From NCBI RefSeq assembly GCF_964204645.1, contig NC_134032.1, positions 9,102,275 through 9,166,274 of the forward strand: a DNA stretch of 64,000 bases, written 5' to 3'. The position numbers and the translations under genes were made by a program. The notes under the pieces were generated by a model that was given only the letters and a program-made list of their open reading frames with translations, ran no database searches and was not told the origin of the DNA. How positions within the stretch are numbered: position 1 is the first letter of the stretch; every line of letters begins with the position of its first letter. Positions 21,850 to 35,775 of the stretch are shown here, piece by piece. Source of the DNA: Tubulanus polymorphus. Lineage: Eukaryota; Animalia; Nemertea.

Positions 21850-24720
21850 CAGAATGAAATAAACGCAATAGAATCTACCATCCAAAAGTTAAGTTCACAG
21901 CTAATGGTGAATATCTCTACAGAATTCTGAGGAGTCTCTGTCGACGATTTGAATTATTTTCGAACTAAAAACTGCTGTTTTAATCTCATCTGCTGTTTTA
22001 CTCTCATTTCAGAAACACACAGCACCAGAAGCAGGTAAAACCTGTTTATATATATATATCATAAATATTCATTATCTATCTGTTTATTTTTCATATCACA
22101 GCAGTTTTAGGTGAGTTTTAAATCATTTGAAATCCTGATCGAAGTTGAAATTATCGATGTCTTATGTTTTTCATAATTTTCAGCGGACAGAGCGATGGAG
22201 GTTTTAGCACCCAACAGTCGACCTCGAATACCGTTAGCTTAAAAACATTGAGGAAAATGGCGAGATATGGTTTGAAACTGTTCTTATTTCATAATTCAAC
22301 CTGGTTCTTGCTCATTTTACAACAGAATGCTTCAATTAGCTATGTTTTAAATGTTTTAGGAAATCATCAGTGCTCTGAACTTAACGACATTATGGCTCTT
22401 GGAAGTGAAATCCTGCTAGAAATGGAAGTAGTCTGCATGGTCAAAATGCTACTAAACTAATCCGATAGTCCGGTGAGTTTTTCATCACTCCACTCTGCTC
22501 TAATTTTATAATAACCTGGCAATATATTATTCTATACAGTATTGTTATGTGTTATTCTCTCAAAAGCTTTGTAAGAAGTGCTGCTGCTGCTGCATCCCCT
22601 ATCAAAATCTCCTCGGGAAATATTGTGGACAATTTGCTACAATAATCAAAACAGGTAAGAAAAATTGTAATTTTTAGAAAAGCAGTTGCATATGTGATTT
22701 TTCTTAATTACACTAATCAATTTCTCTTTACAGAATGAAATCCACACGACACCAGATTTTACAGCTCAATACCTGGCTCAAAGTTCACCTCAAACATATT
22801 GCTAGATCCTCCTCACATACATCCTAATAATTCTGCGAACAAGTGAGATGAACACTGTGAGCTTCAATCTGAAACAGCTCTCATTTCATAACAACTTAAC
22901 TGACAATTTATAGCATTTATTCATTTGTATTTTAGGAGCCAAAAAAGCGGAACCTTTGACAGAATCTCTGAACACTAACACTAGGAATTCACTGAAGATT
23001 TGTAAATGATGGACATTGATTTAGATCCTCTCATTTCGAAACAAGCACCGGTAAATATCTCTGCAGATTCCAGTCTCTATAAAACTTGCTACTGTTTGAC
23101 TAAATGTATGAAGTAAATCATACTGATAAAATCCTGATAAAAAGTTTTTCTATAATGACCATCCAATTCCATAAGAATGAACGACTTCTGAATGAGAAAC
23201 ATTGGAAAATTTGAAATCATTCCACCAGATTTAAACATCATGGAACTGCAGTCAGTTATTAATCAGTTAAGGTGAATTTTCAATCACTTCTTTCCTGGTA
23301 AAAGATGAAAATTAGAAGTCAAAATTATGCAACTTTCGTACTTTAGGGGCCAAAATAAAACTGAACCTCAGCAAATCTGCAAACAGTAGACGTTGCGTCC
23401 TACAAATCAAAACACAAGTCAGAAGTGGTGAGTTTTATTTCAATTGATTGGTGTAATTTGTGGTGATTATCAGTTATGAACTTTATTTATCATTTTTTGT
23501 CCGGTTTCATTAGATATGTCATCAATAAATCAAGTCAGGAAAATTTTTTTGGTTTCTGCAATGATTTTCGTACATTTTATTTTAGAGTGTATTCTATAGC
23601 TACCATCGGACTCCTCAGAAATCTGAGTACGCTCAACACATGTCTGGTTTTCAGTCCATAGAACAAGCTGCATTTTCTATTTCACTACGGGAATTATTTT
23701 CTGGTATAATTTTTTCTCAATGGTGAGTTTTGCTCTAATTTGATAGTGTCACTAACGGGATCTTTGAATTCCACTTGAGTGATAGAATGTTAACAAACGT
23801 CCAAGAATAAACGAGTCGCAACACACAGAGTTCCTGTCTTCAAAATTACTTTTATTTCACGAACTGATCTCAACGATCTAAATATTTCTAGCGGTCTCCC
23901 CCACGGTCCAAAAACCCCAGTATATATAGTCAATTCTCCAACCCATCTCATTAGCGAACGACATTGCCAAAGCCTGTTAATTTGTCGTTAGCGCAACAGC
24001 GTTGCCCATAAAAATATCATTATTCAACCGAAATAATTACAAAAGGACATTATACGTGACAGTTTCCCAGAAAAATGTAACATTAACTTTGAATTATGTT
24101 CTTCAGCGGCAGTCGTTGCTCGCAGAAGCAAATACTTACGAGCAACTGACGCGCATTAGTCGTAATTTTCCTAAGGTTCAATCTCAGTACAAAAAGTTAT
24201 ATGAAAGCTGACGCTGGAACAAAGTTCGAAAGTTTTATCACGAAAGATGGCACTGTTGAATGAGTTGGATAATGAATGCGGAATAGTTTAAGATATCCTT
24301 ATAAGATGGCAGCACTGCCTATGAATTGAGACTGCTGTTGAAACTCAATAATACCACTGTCACAATAGTATAGGCTGCAGTTTCTATTTATTTCACCAAT
24401 TATTTTCTAGCATAATTTCTCTCTCTCCAGAATGCGATGCACCAGACACGAATTGCAGCTGGAGAAATTGAGAATATTCACCTTCAAATATTGAAGAAGC
24501 TCGTTGCTGAAGTTGCTATTCTTTCTTTAAGAAACCAAGTAATTTGCTCTACACGATTCAACCTGGTTCTCGCTTGTTATAAAACTTTGCATTTCAATTA
24601 TTTGTAAATTCATTTTTTTTTTCAGTAAATCATCAGTGCTCTTAACTTTATGACATTATGGCTCTTGGAAGTGAAATCCTGCTAGGAATGGAAATGGTCT
24701 GCATGGTCAAAATGGTACAA
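21850..24720 (+). other. Cluster of exon-like segments (possible spliced non-coding or decayed gene), including a ~160-bp direct repeat at 22290-22452 / 24555-24718
   Basis: Many pyrimidine-tract-AG and GTRAG/GTAAA sites on the + strand at short spacing; no coherent ORF. Confidence 0.35.
23747..24364 (-). mobile_element. Solo LTR (gypsy-type)
   Basis: TGT...ACA termini, 4-bp TSD ATAG on both sides; minus-strand TATATATA followed by AATAAA. Confidence 0.85.
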
Positions 24721-25241
24721 CACAGACTGCCATCAGATAAACACAAGTTTGAAAATGGTCGGTTTTCTAATACAATTTAGCCCCAATTTCTGACTGTTAG
24801 AGTTTTGTGAATACGATGCTAATTGTTCTCATGGTATTTCTTTGCAGCATGAAATTTGTCCAATACAACAGTTTGAAAGTTGATCAAAGATTGAATAATG
24901 GTGTTTGATTATTTGGGGTTCTTTGCGGTAACTATGAAACTCTTATGAAATTCCCATTTGACTGTTAATTCTATCCAACATTTTCGATTTAATATTTGCA
25001 GACGCAAGTTTTCTCTATTCTAGGACCAAGTGGGGACCAATATCCCATTTGACAGGGACACAGACCAAGAGGCCATCTACCTTGAGATTGAAATATGCCT
25101 CTTACTTCAGACTTCTGCAATTTTAAAGTTTTAAGACAAGTGAAAATCTTTATATTGTGCCTGCAATTTTAAAGTTGAAAGCCAAATGAAAATTTTTATA
25201 TCTTGCCGGCCAGTATGGACCTACTGTTGTACTGTTTGTAA

Positions 25242-25845
25242 GGCCACACAAAGAAATACCCTAGTTTCTCAAGAGAGTCAAATGCCGCCCGCGTCATGAA
25301 AAAAGTCCCAAATAAAAATTTAAAACACAAATGCACTCGTCTGCATCAGCAAAGCATCAATCGTCTTTTTTTTTACAAAGATTCAAACCCGCTTGCCTGC
25401 ATAGCTGTACAGTGTATGGCAGTGGTTTTTTTTCTGCAGGCGTTTATATGCTCATCCTCTACGTGCTGGTAATCCACATTTACGATGACAAAAACAGCGC
25501 TAAGTTCGTTTCCATTTACTTCATTTCAAGGAAGCGTGGAACTAGCGAAAAGGATTGTCGCAGTTTCGATTAAATGAGTCGATATAGCTTGATTTTATAG
25601 ATTTTTGGGAGCTACTTAATTCTAAATCAAAATTTTTTGCATGTTCTACTTGCATTACTAGTATTTGTTTGGCAATCGTAAAAAATAAATAACTTCCCTT
25701 CCGTGTCTGTTCTATAAGTGTCAGGTTGAGCTTTTTATTTAAACGTTTTTATTTAAAAAAAAGCAATGAAAATATAATTCGCCCGCCCTCGCCACTTTCC
25801 AGAAAAAAAATCTGATGAGAAACTAGGGCATTTCTTTGTGTGGCC
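25242..25845. mobile_element. PIF/Harbinger-type non-autonomous DNA transposon
   Basis: ~30-bp TIR ggccacacaaagaaat(a/g)ccctagtttctca; TAA TSD. Confidence 0.9.
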
Positions 25846-25954
25846 TAATGGTTTCATTGACAGCGGATCATGTATCCATGAAAACATGAGTTATCCCATG
25901 ATTCATCTCACAATGCCGAAATGTCATGTTTTTGCTGTAGAAGGCGTAGAAATA

Positions 25955-26252
25955 GATCATTAAAACCCGCTATATACAAATTTAAAAGATTAGACACGGT
26001 ATTTATTTATCAAGAATCAGGAGCAATTTTAACTTAATTTTAATGAAGAAATAACTAGAACAACCTAGCACAAAATAGCAAAACCTCTCAACCTAAGCAC
26101 TTAACACCCCGCACTATACTTTTCTAATTCACTTTTCTTCCTATTCCCCTTGTTTTAGTTATTTCTTCACATCTGACAATGGTCTCTAGAGAAACTCCAA
26201 AACGGTTGTGTCGTAATTAGTTTAAATGTGTACAGTGGGTTTTCATCTTATT
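25955..26252 (+). mobile_element. Degenerate Penelope-like pseudo-LTR related to 9625-9777
   Basis: aaaacccgctatatacaaatttaaa / tttaaatgtgtacagtgggttttcatc inverted ends; decayed ctgac..tggtctctagaga..aaaacggttgtgtc motif. Confidence 0.45.
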
Positions 26253-26337
26253 TTGAGTTTTACTGAAAATTGTAATTGAAGATTAATGATGGGCTTTCTG
26301 AGATGGGTCAAGGGCATATTTTACACACTCCATGTAA

Positions 26338-26502
26338 GGGATCATTCATTAATTACGTACGCATAAAATTTGAATTTTTCAACCCCCCCTCCCCCTCTGT
26401 ACGCAAAATCGGCCATTTTTTCGTATACATTAAGCATTTCAGTACGCAATTGCACTGACCCCTCCCCCTCCCCTAATGCGTACGTAATAAATGAATGACC
26501 CC
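26338..26502. mobile_element. Harbinger-type MITE; same family is in every array unit (34181-34344, 38089-38252, 49292-49455, 53152-53315, 57072-57235)
   Basis: TIR gggatcattcatt.attacgtacgcat; TAA TSD here, AAT TSD in the array copies. Confidence 0.9.
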
Positions 26503-27178
26503 TAATTGCATTAATTTGTAATAGCTTCTGCCTCAGAATCCAGTTCCACTGTTTTGCTTATGGACATGTTTGTATGAAAGTTGACAAATATTGACGGGGG
26601 ACTTTATTTTGTATGAACTGTTGTGATCGTGTTATTTGAAATAAATATATGTTTTCTCTGTTGTTCCATTTATGACTATAAACGCCAGCAGTTTCATAGA
26701 CTCTGCGTCGCGTACATGATAAACCTACATCTAATAGGTTCAGTTTCATTAAAATAATTTACTCAAAATATTCATTAAGTTAAGTTTTGTAGAAACTTAG
26801 CCGAAAGTCCAACAATTGCGAAACGGATCCTGTGGACCCTGTTTCACTTGCATAGTTCAACTTAATCCTAAATCAATTTAGGAGCTTATTGTGAAACTGG
26901 ACCTTGCAGGGAATGAAATGGCCAATATGCGGTGTATGTGTATGAAACTGCAGGCTTCCTTTAGCTGCTTGAAACTCCCGCATCATTGACAAATCCTACC
27001 CGGGGGTACAGTAAGCTTCACAGGTATAACTCCTTTATCAATTTAAGATAAGAGCAAACATATCCTCTTAGTCTTGTCTAGTTAAAATAACTGAAACTGG
27101 AACCTGGTTAAAGTTTCATTGATAATTAATTACCCGGGCTTGGCTCCACAAAAATAGAGTTAAAACCTATTTGTAAAA

Positions 27179-27329
27179 CTGGACCCTGGTATGCGAGGGT
27201 TTTGATAGAACCTTCGCATTCCATTGTAAGACTTATCAAAACCTTCGCATACCAGGGTCCAGTTTCACAAATACCTGGACCCTGGTATGCGAGGGTTTTG
27301 ATAAGTCTTACAATGGAATGCGAAGGTTC
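27179..27329. repeat. Small palindromic MITE plus inverted partial copy forming a hairpin
   Basis: ctggaccctggtatgcga ends; 27208-27262 pairs with 27275-27329. Confidence 0.8.
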
Positions 27330-27374
27330 AGTAGCTAATCGACCTCTCGGCTCATAAACGTTTTGCAGCCTGTC

Positions 27375-27817
27375 CCATCCTCGCTTGCCAGAGGTCCGGT
27401 ATCGCTCCCGATCTCTCAAAAACCGGCTTTCCCCTTCCTTTGCGTAGAAGATGGGCGCGCAAAATCATGTCCCACGCGGCGCGAGCGATTTCGGAAGGTT
27501 TTCGAAATACCCGCAAAAGATGGTTGAGAAATAAGCACTGACCATTTTGCTCCAAGAGGCGGGTTTTGAAAAAATGTTGAGAAGCAATGTTTTTTTCTTG
27601 AAGTAATTAGGAAAATGCTTCTTCTATGGGTCCTCATTTTACTGGAAAGTACGGTACTTCTTTCTCGGTAAAAAAGTCCTTCCTTAAATTGCCGAAATAG
27701 TCTGTGCTTGTCCATCTTCACCCGTCAAGGGATTCGAACCCACTACGCTAAAGCTGTTCTCCGAGCTGGTGGAAGTGAGTTCGGGAGTGATACTGGACCC
27801 CTGGCAAGCGAGGATGG
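27375..27817. mobile_element. Non-autonomous DNA transposon with ~43-bp TIRs
   Basis: ccatcctcgcttgccag.ggtcc.gtatc.ctcccga and its reverse complement; possible degenerate 8-bp TSD agcctgtc/tgcttgtc. Confidence 0.65.
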
Positions 27818-29012
27818 TGCTTGTCTGTTTTTCTAAAGGCAAGAGTGATTTGTAATGCAACCGGATAGAGTTTGGATTTTTGACGAAATTGACCAAAAAT
27901 TATATTCGATCCTACATGACTGACAATCAGATTGCTGAATAAAGATAATCAACAGGGACAATCCCTATTTAAGATCAATTTGACACATCTGGAATGCTCC
28001 GATATTATCTTGGCTTCGCGTAACAAAGATGGCGGCGCCCATAGACTGCCACGCGTTGCGCAATATATCGCAGCACTTGGCAATTTGGCCCGCGCTGCAA
28101 ACTATGGAAAGTCTAATTCAAACGGTTAACGATGTATTCCATAACGATGAACCTTTTCACACTTCAAAATCGAGGCAAGTTTTACAAGTTCTGCCCTTTT
28201 ATCTGTGTTTACATTCTAGTCGTACTATTTATCGACCGGAACCTGTGCGAAATTAATGTTACCATCGAAAATTACACTTTTTGCAGCTAAAGACCTTTCG
28301 GAGTATTTTCAAAATTACACACACGACGTGGCACAGTAGATATATTATCCTATGCTAGATTTAGGAGCTAAGATAATTGAACAGGTACTGCAATTTCAGC
28401 GATTTGCAATTTGCCAACAAATGGCCATTAAAAAATCTAATAGTTTTTCGGCATCCAAATTGGGAAACTCTTCATGTAGCTTCTTACGCTTTGTAGCATT
28501 CGCAATCAACCATGTGTTTTTTTATGTCGCTGCACTACGGCACAGGGAGATAGCTCCATGGTAAGCTCTTTTTGTTTCAATCTTTTCTCCATGATAACTT
28601 TTCTTGCAGTTGTAACAGCAAAGTTTATCAATTGTCTTGCTGGGCTGGCGCCATGTTGGCCTGATAGTGGGTAGTGACCTGGTTTTTCTAGGCTCGAAAC
28701 TTACTCGACATGTAGGCTAGTTGATCGTAGCATTTAGAGCAATTATAGATGGCTGCGCTAAACAACAACCTCCTCGGCGTCTACATTGTGTGATGAAGCT
28801 GACTTGGTCTGATCTAAAAGGCTGTCAGTGACATTCAGCTCTAAATATCGATTATACTGCCATTTAAGAACTGTAGCACTTAATTGAGACAGATCTCCAT
28901 GAGATTACTGAATTGATCCAAGTTAGCAGGTTCTTCCTGCAGTTTTGATGATAGGCTATGTTATTTCTAGCCCACTTGGGACTTAAGTCCCAGCCGGCTA
29001 TTGCGTTCACTT

Positions 29013-32000
29013 TGTTGATGTGGAGGCCATAGTGTCCAATGATGGAAATAATTTGTGGGGCTAAAATTCAAGAGACAAACGACAAACGCTGTTGTTCTTT
29101 ACTATACTACATGTATAATTATAACTAAACTTTATTCATCAGTTTCTCATCATCATGGGATATCACAGGATCTTGAGTCATGCAATTCCACGTAAGGTAA
29201 CAACAAGAATGTCCAATACAGTTACAGCACATCATGTTTATAGTCAACACCCCCTCCTAAACTGATGTTCTCAGAATTGTTAACATATGTAATTGATAAA
29301 ATCTATAACATATACAAGTAAACAAATTGCATGCAAACTTCATAAGTACTACATAAAAATCAAGCAATATAAAACACACTAATTATTGTGATCCAAAAAT
29401 TTCCAGCATAAATCTGAAGGAACATGTGAAAGACTGACTTCTTTTCTGTTCACAGCTTCGCGTATAAAGTGATACCTAATGTCAATGTGTTTTGACCTTT
29501 GGTGATATACAGGGTTAGAGGCAAGCATAAAGCGCTCCCTGGTTGTCACGGTACAGAGTAATACATTCTGACAAAACATTAAAATCTAAATCTGTCCATA
29601 ATTGTTTGAGGTATTTAGCCTCTTGAACAGCGGCTGCCATGGCCATATATTCAGCCTCACAAGTAGAAAGTGCAACTGTAGGTTGTTTCCTAGACTTCCA
29701 GGAAATCATTGGCCCACTACTAGATAAACGGAAACAATATCCGGTAATACTACGTCTATCATCAGAATTAGCCCAGTCGGCATCACTATATCCTGCAAGT
29801 TTTAAATTCTCTTGTGACCTTTTGAAAATCAATTTTCTGTCACTTGTACCTTTAAGATAACGCAGCACATGCTTTGTTGTACACAAATGGTTATGACATG
29901 GTTTATACATGAATTGTGACAGCTTCGTCACAACATAACACAGATCTGATCTTGAGCCTATCATAACATAAATCAAACTACCTACAATCTCCCTATACAA
30001 TTTTGCATCTTCGGGGGATAAGATTTCTCCTGATTCATTGATAATTTCACAGGGGGTTGTTCTGGGTTTACATTCTTTCATGTTAAATCTTTCCAGTAGC
30101 TTTTTAATATACTGGGACTGATCCATTGTGATTTGGTCATGTTCGTGAGAGAATTGAATTCCCAGAAACCATGATAGATTTTCCAGATCTTTCATTTTAA
30201 ACCTTTCACAGAGTGATTGTTTTGTTTTGTTCATTGCAGAGTTGCTGTCTGCAGCAATAATAATGTCATCAACCCGGATAACTAGGACAATCTTTTTATT
30301 TTCAGTGAATTTCGTGTATACACATGAATCAGCCTTAGACTGGGTAAAACCCTCACTAATTAAGTACTCATCTAGAACATTGTTCCAGTTTCTTCCACTT
30401 TGTTTGAGACCGTACAGGGATTTTTTTCAATTTATACACTAATGGATTACCATCATTATCAGTGTAAACAAACCCTTCAGGCTGTCTCACATAAATCTCG
30501 CAATCAATAGGCGCGCGCAGGTACGCCGTTTTGACATCCATCTTATGTATAATTAGATTGTACTGAACAGCCAACTGACATAATAAGGTAATAAGGTGTT
30601 TTACCTAACCATTTGTTTAAGCACCTGTTTCTAAATGTAGACTGTAGCCATCACAGCATAGGACCATAGGAATTTCGGCAAACCACTATTGTTCAGCAGA
30701 CATCTCGCTATTTCGAAGATAGTCCTCCACGATCGTTCAACAGTTCCGTTTTGATGTGGAGAATATGGGGCTGATACTTGGAAACTTATTTTGTTCCGAG
30801 TCAACACTTGCTGATAATCATCGTCGATAAATTCACCTCCGCCATCGCTCCTCATACGTTTAATCACGCCGTATGGAGCGGTATCCGCCAAGAAACGCTC
30901 AAGTGCTTTGACAGCATCACTTTTCTGTCTTAGAAAGTACACCATAATAACACATGAATAGTTATCTACAAACGAAATTGCGTAACTAAATCCATCTTTC
31001 GCTGTAGGGGTAATCCGTCCTGATAAGTCACAGTGTACAAATTCGAATGGTTTTCTAGACCTGTAATCCGGCTCGCGATTTCGGTATTGTGCCATTTTTC
31101 CTAGAGTACATACTTCGCACTGAAAGTCATTTTTATCGCCTACGATTTTCATTCCATTCACGATCGCTTCCAGCTTAATGATGTCTTCTACGTTACAGTG
31201 TCCGAGGATTTTATGCCATTCTCTGAGAGAATGTTATCATTCAATGATGCCATCGTGTTATACAGAAAATACAAACGACCGCGCTTTTCAATGCAGAATT
31301 TTGTTCCATCTTTAGCAATTAACTCTGCCGCATTTTCAGTGAAGTTTACTTTCGCGCCATTTACAACTGCAGCTTGTACGGAAAATATATTTTGGAATGA
31401 CGGAACATGCAACGCATTTTTCAGTTCTGTCACACGTGGTTTCCCATTGGAATCTGTCAACACAACTTTTGCGGTTCCTTTATTCTTCGCAAGATTGTTG
31501 ACACGGCTACCGTCCGCCAACTCGATAATGTGATTATTCGGATCAAACTGGTCATCGAACGCAATAAACTTTGACACATCATTTATAACGTGTGTGGTAG
31601 CACCACAATCTACCAACAGCCTGTCTTTATCGAGAGTATCATTCTCGGATAATCTAAATTGGAACGAATGTTCCCTTTCTTCACGATCTTGCATGGAATG
31701 AATTCCGTTTTTACGACCTAACTTTCTACAGAATTTTGTGTCTTGAGTACTGTTATTGCATTCAGTACACCACCTTCCCCTTCTTTTCTCTGGACAACTC
31801 TACAACTGGACGCTCTATGACCTGGCTTGTCGCAGTTCAAACACTTAAAGTTCGGATTTGGCCTACCTTTCTTTTGACCACTGCCGAAGATCTCGTCACA
31901 TCGTCATGAGATGTACTTCTTTCTTCCCTTTCTTGTGCTTTTTCGGTCTCCTCAAAGTTTCTTAGCGAAGCTTTAAATTCAGAGAACGTAACCTCTTTGT

Positions 32001-32694
32001 CCTTTTGTGTGATAAAAACTGAAAAAGTTTTATATGAAACCGGTAATCCTTTGTGGACCATAGCGACAAGTAAACTGTCCGAAATATTTTCTCCAGCCGT
32101 TTTAAGGGCTGTTGAAGCAGTCTCGGCGCGTAACATATAATCTGTGACACATTCCTCTTGCCCTTTCTTTAACGAAGTCAGTTCATGGTTAAGTCCGATA
32201 ATTTTTGGCGTTCCTTTCGATTTATAGTGTTCCCGTAAGATTTCTTGTGCTTTACGGCCGTCGTCTATCGTATCCCGTATTACAAGGGACAGACTCCTGT
32301 CGTCCAAACAGTTTATCAGTTCGGCGTAAGCTTCAGCATTTTTATCTTGATCGGGCTCCTGCCCTGCTGGCAGAAATATCGTATCATGAAGTTTCTGTAA
32401 TCTCAAATAACCTAGAAACTTCGCTTCCCACAGTTCATAACGCTATTCGTCACCATCAAACACCAGATTACGTTGATGTGGAGGCCATAGTGTCCAATGA
32501 TGGAAATAATTTGTGGGGCTAAAATTCAAGAGACAAACGCTGTTGTTCTTTACTATACTATAATTATAACTAAACTTTATTCATCAGTTTCTCATCATCA
32601 TGGGATATCACAGGATCTTGAGTCATCCAATTCCACGTAAGGTAACCACAAGAATGTCCAATACAGTTACAGCACATCATGTTTATAGTCAACA
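29013..32694 (-). mobile_element. Ty1/copia LTR retrotransposon, internally deleted and degenerate
   Basis: LTRs 29013-29249 and 32472-32694 (TGTTG..CAACA); PPT at 29250-29257; TSD cactt/tactt; domain order gag-PR-IN-RT-RH. Confidence 0.96.
29379..32406 (-). pseudogene. gag-pol: copia gag-pol fragments
   Basis: gag with CLNCDKPGHRASSC knuckle; PR LVDCGATTH; IN HCDL..DNYS..RSDGGGEF..QNGTVER; RT MDVKTAYL; RH YSDADWA, STCEAEY, KHIDIRYHFIRE. Several frameshifts; IN C-terminus and RT N-terminus missing near 30585. Confidence 0.95.
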
Positions 32695-35187
32695 TACTTT
32701 TCGTCCGTCGTTTGTTCGTCCCTCTCAAAATTGTAGCTGCTAACATGTCCTACGATTGTGGTGAGTTCAAGGTCATTGGTTATTGTATATGGTCACCAGG
32801 GGCATTGAATAGTGAAATTGTTAGATTGTTGAGCATTTGAAACCACTTCCCAAGTGGGCATGGTGTCCCTGGACCCCTAGTTTCGATTCCCTGAAGATGG
32901 TTTATTTCAGCGATACTGGACGTTTACCATGTCGATGAACGACAGTTCATTGGTCCGGGATTTTTTAAAGTTTTGCACATTTCCGATCCTTCGGACGTGA
33001 CTATTTGTGAGCCCAGCCTACACTTATATTTTTACATTCCTCAAACTATCGAGGTGATTGTTATCCTCCTCTTGTAGAACTTCCTGTACGGTTGTGCGCA
33101 AATGGTTTAATCCTCCTTATGTATATATCTTCAGCCTATGTAATTCCTCCGTCGCGACCGATCTAGGCTCATTGAGGTCCTTCTTGTCGACAAGACATGG
33201 AATTATGGTGGAATGTTCATTAGGCATACTGCACAGTTGCCGCTTTATATCATTCACCCATTTCTGGTCGATGGCTCTACATCATAAATTTACCGGAGGT
33301 TCGCACAAGCACATAAAGCTAACGGTAAATCTGCCTGGAAATATGGAAAATTAATTTTGTTACAATCAACACTTGCATAATTCAGAACAAGAAGCGACAT
33401 AGATATTTCGTTGGCCAACCTATTTCCAGTATCTTGTTCCTTTCTAAGAACAGCACAGTCCCTGTGGTTGGAATTGTATGTCACATTGCTTCGTGCTTTT
33501 TCTTTCGCCAACCAGTTTTCGATTAGATCTTATTAGTTGAATATCACCATGTTGTGACAGAACTATAAAAAATACTCACAGCTAACCGTAACACAATGCC
33601 TTTTAACAATTTTGATGATGCGATGGTATGTTTTGTTCTATTCGGACAACCATTATTTACAAATCCTTCGTATTTTGGCCGTAGAAATGTAGTAGTCAAA
33701 TCTCCATCAACCCACACCATTTCTGCGTCGGCAAACTTGCTTCCCGACATCAATTTCAGGCAGTTATTCAGCTTGCTAAATACTGGTCGGTTTTCATTTT
33801 TCATCTTCTCTTGAAATTTCGGCTGTTCCAGGTACGTAAGGTAAACAATCGTCATAAAGTTATCGATGGGGCATGTGTTTAGCAGTTGAATGCCAGTACT
33901 CAGTGTCCCACCCCAGGATGGCACATTCAGTAATTTACTGCTGCTCTTCGAAATTGTACCAATAGTGCCACTGGTAAATTTCAGATAAGTCACTGTCTTG
34001 CGGCTTCCGACAGTTAACTTGGATGCCAGGAATAACCTTCAGGATTTCGTTACAACTTGTAATTATCGGCACCATAGGCCTACAGGATTTGCGCCTTTCC
34101 CCGGGCTTGCTGATATCCTTCACTCGCGTGGAATTAGTTAACGTATCTGCAAAGAGACAAATTGTAATCATGATTAAAATGAGTTCATTCATTTATTATG
34201 TACGCATAAAATTGGAATTTTCCAACCCCCCTCCCCCTCTGTACGCAAAATTGGCCATTTTTTCATATACATTAAGCATTAAAGTACGCAATTACACTGA
34301 CCCCTCCCCCTCCCCTAATGCGTACGTAATAAATGAATGATCCCAATGCAGTATTCACGAAAATACTCACAGACCATCATGCACCCCAGGCAATAGAAAC
34401 CTTCAAAGGTGATACCTTGTTCCTCATCACATCGCAGGGCCGCTCACGTCACTCCCAAAAGCCTAAATTAAAAGAACAAATTCACGCCCAAACCCACACC
34501 AGACGTGTTTATGGTCGGCGGCTTCTTCTTTTTAAAGTGATGACATGTTGTACAGTAATCTTTTTTGACGCCTTATGAAGGCTACCATTATGAAACCTTA
34601 ACAATGTTAACCATTCCGCGTCGTTTTACAAATCATAACCGTAAATCGATGTGCAAAACGTCACAGGTTTATGTGTACACATAATAGCTATTTGGCAAAA
34701 TATTATTGACAAAGATGTAGAATGTCTTCCTGTGATTATATAATGAGCCCTATTTGAACGTCGAAATATTATATTGCATTGAATATCATGGGAAGACGTA
34801 TTGTGATAGTGAAGCAACTGTACATTTAGTTTATTATCTTTCATAACTTCCTCCAATAATGATATGTAATTTAGCGAGTGCGCATTCAATTCAACAGAAA
34901 AATCATCTTAAATTTTACGTATTATTTGAAGTGACCCAAACTATCATTTCGTTCAAAAAAGTCATCGACTGTCTCGCCTTTTCTTTGTGAAGGTCTCGAA
35001 AAGTCAGTTTCTTTTTGAAGCCGCCTTAAAGAAAGAATGTGATTCAAACTGTTTCCTAAACGATTCAATTATTTGTGAAAATTCTCGAAATTAACAAATC
35101 ATCAAAGAATCGATGAGCAGGCGATTCCCTTCAGGTACTAAAATATAAATTGTTTCTTTTGCTCGTCCGACCAGCCTCTAGCGTCAG

Positions 35188-35775
35188 TGTAATATCCTTC
35201 AGTTCTGACTAAGGTAATAAACCACTAATTAGCTTCCGTCATATGCGTGTTATTACTGCTTTTGTTTATTTAATCTTCTCAGACTCAGGAGTACAAATCT
35301 CAGATCACATTCTCTACGTTACATATAGACATCACACAAGATCCGACGTCAAACAGTAAACTACGATTGACTAAAACGACAAGAAATGAAAACACACTAA
35401 GAAAAATACTAAGTAATCAACTCACGAATAATCAAGTCTAGTAAGACCAGGAAACGTCCTATAACCTTAAGGGTATCAGCCTCTGGCATGCGAGTGCCAA
35501 TCTCGAAAACCAGTGATACAACTCTCTCAGGAGATTTACACAGAAAAAACATACGTCAATATAGCCTATACATCCTAAACAAACAATAGAGAATGCACTC
35601 ACCGACAGTGAAGCCTCAAGAACTGAGGGTAAAAATAATATATTGGGCAGGTCACGAACTTTCTAAACATGCGCCCGCACACTCCACACTAAACTGCGGA
35701 CCCGGACCGGACAACGTACCGGACGTAAAGTAAAATAGAGTAAAACCAAATGGTTAGGAAAATAAGCCCGCTACA
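35188..35775 (-). mobile_element. Solo-LTR-like junction element J1 (also 39096-46971 interrupted by Academ, 50299-50833, 54159-54746)
   Basis: Boundaries set by comparison with 31877 and 58071 give TGTA...TACA termini; flanks gtcag/accac do not match; minus-strand AATAAA at 35265-35270. Strand tentative. Confidence 0.7.

Larger units (their letters stand above)
28965..32883 (+). mobile_element. Helentron-associated non-autonomous element (HINE/DINE-like) interrupted by copia
   Basis: 5' sub-TIR gcccacttggg with adjacent hairpin tgggacttaagtccca; gtcc-type short repeats; 3' sub-TIR cccaagtgggc (32849-32859) followed by short stem-loop and tagttt. Confidence 0.65.
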
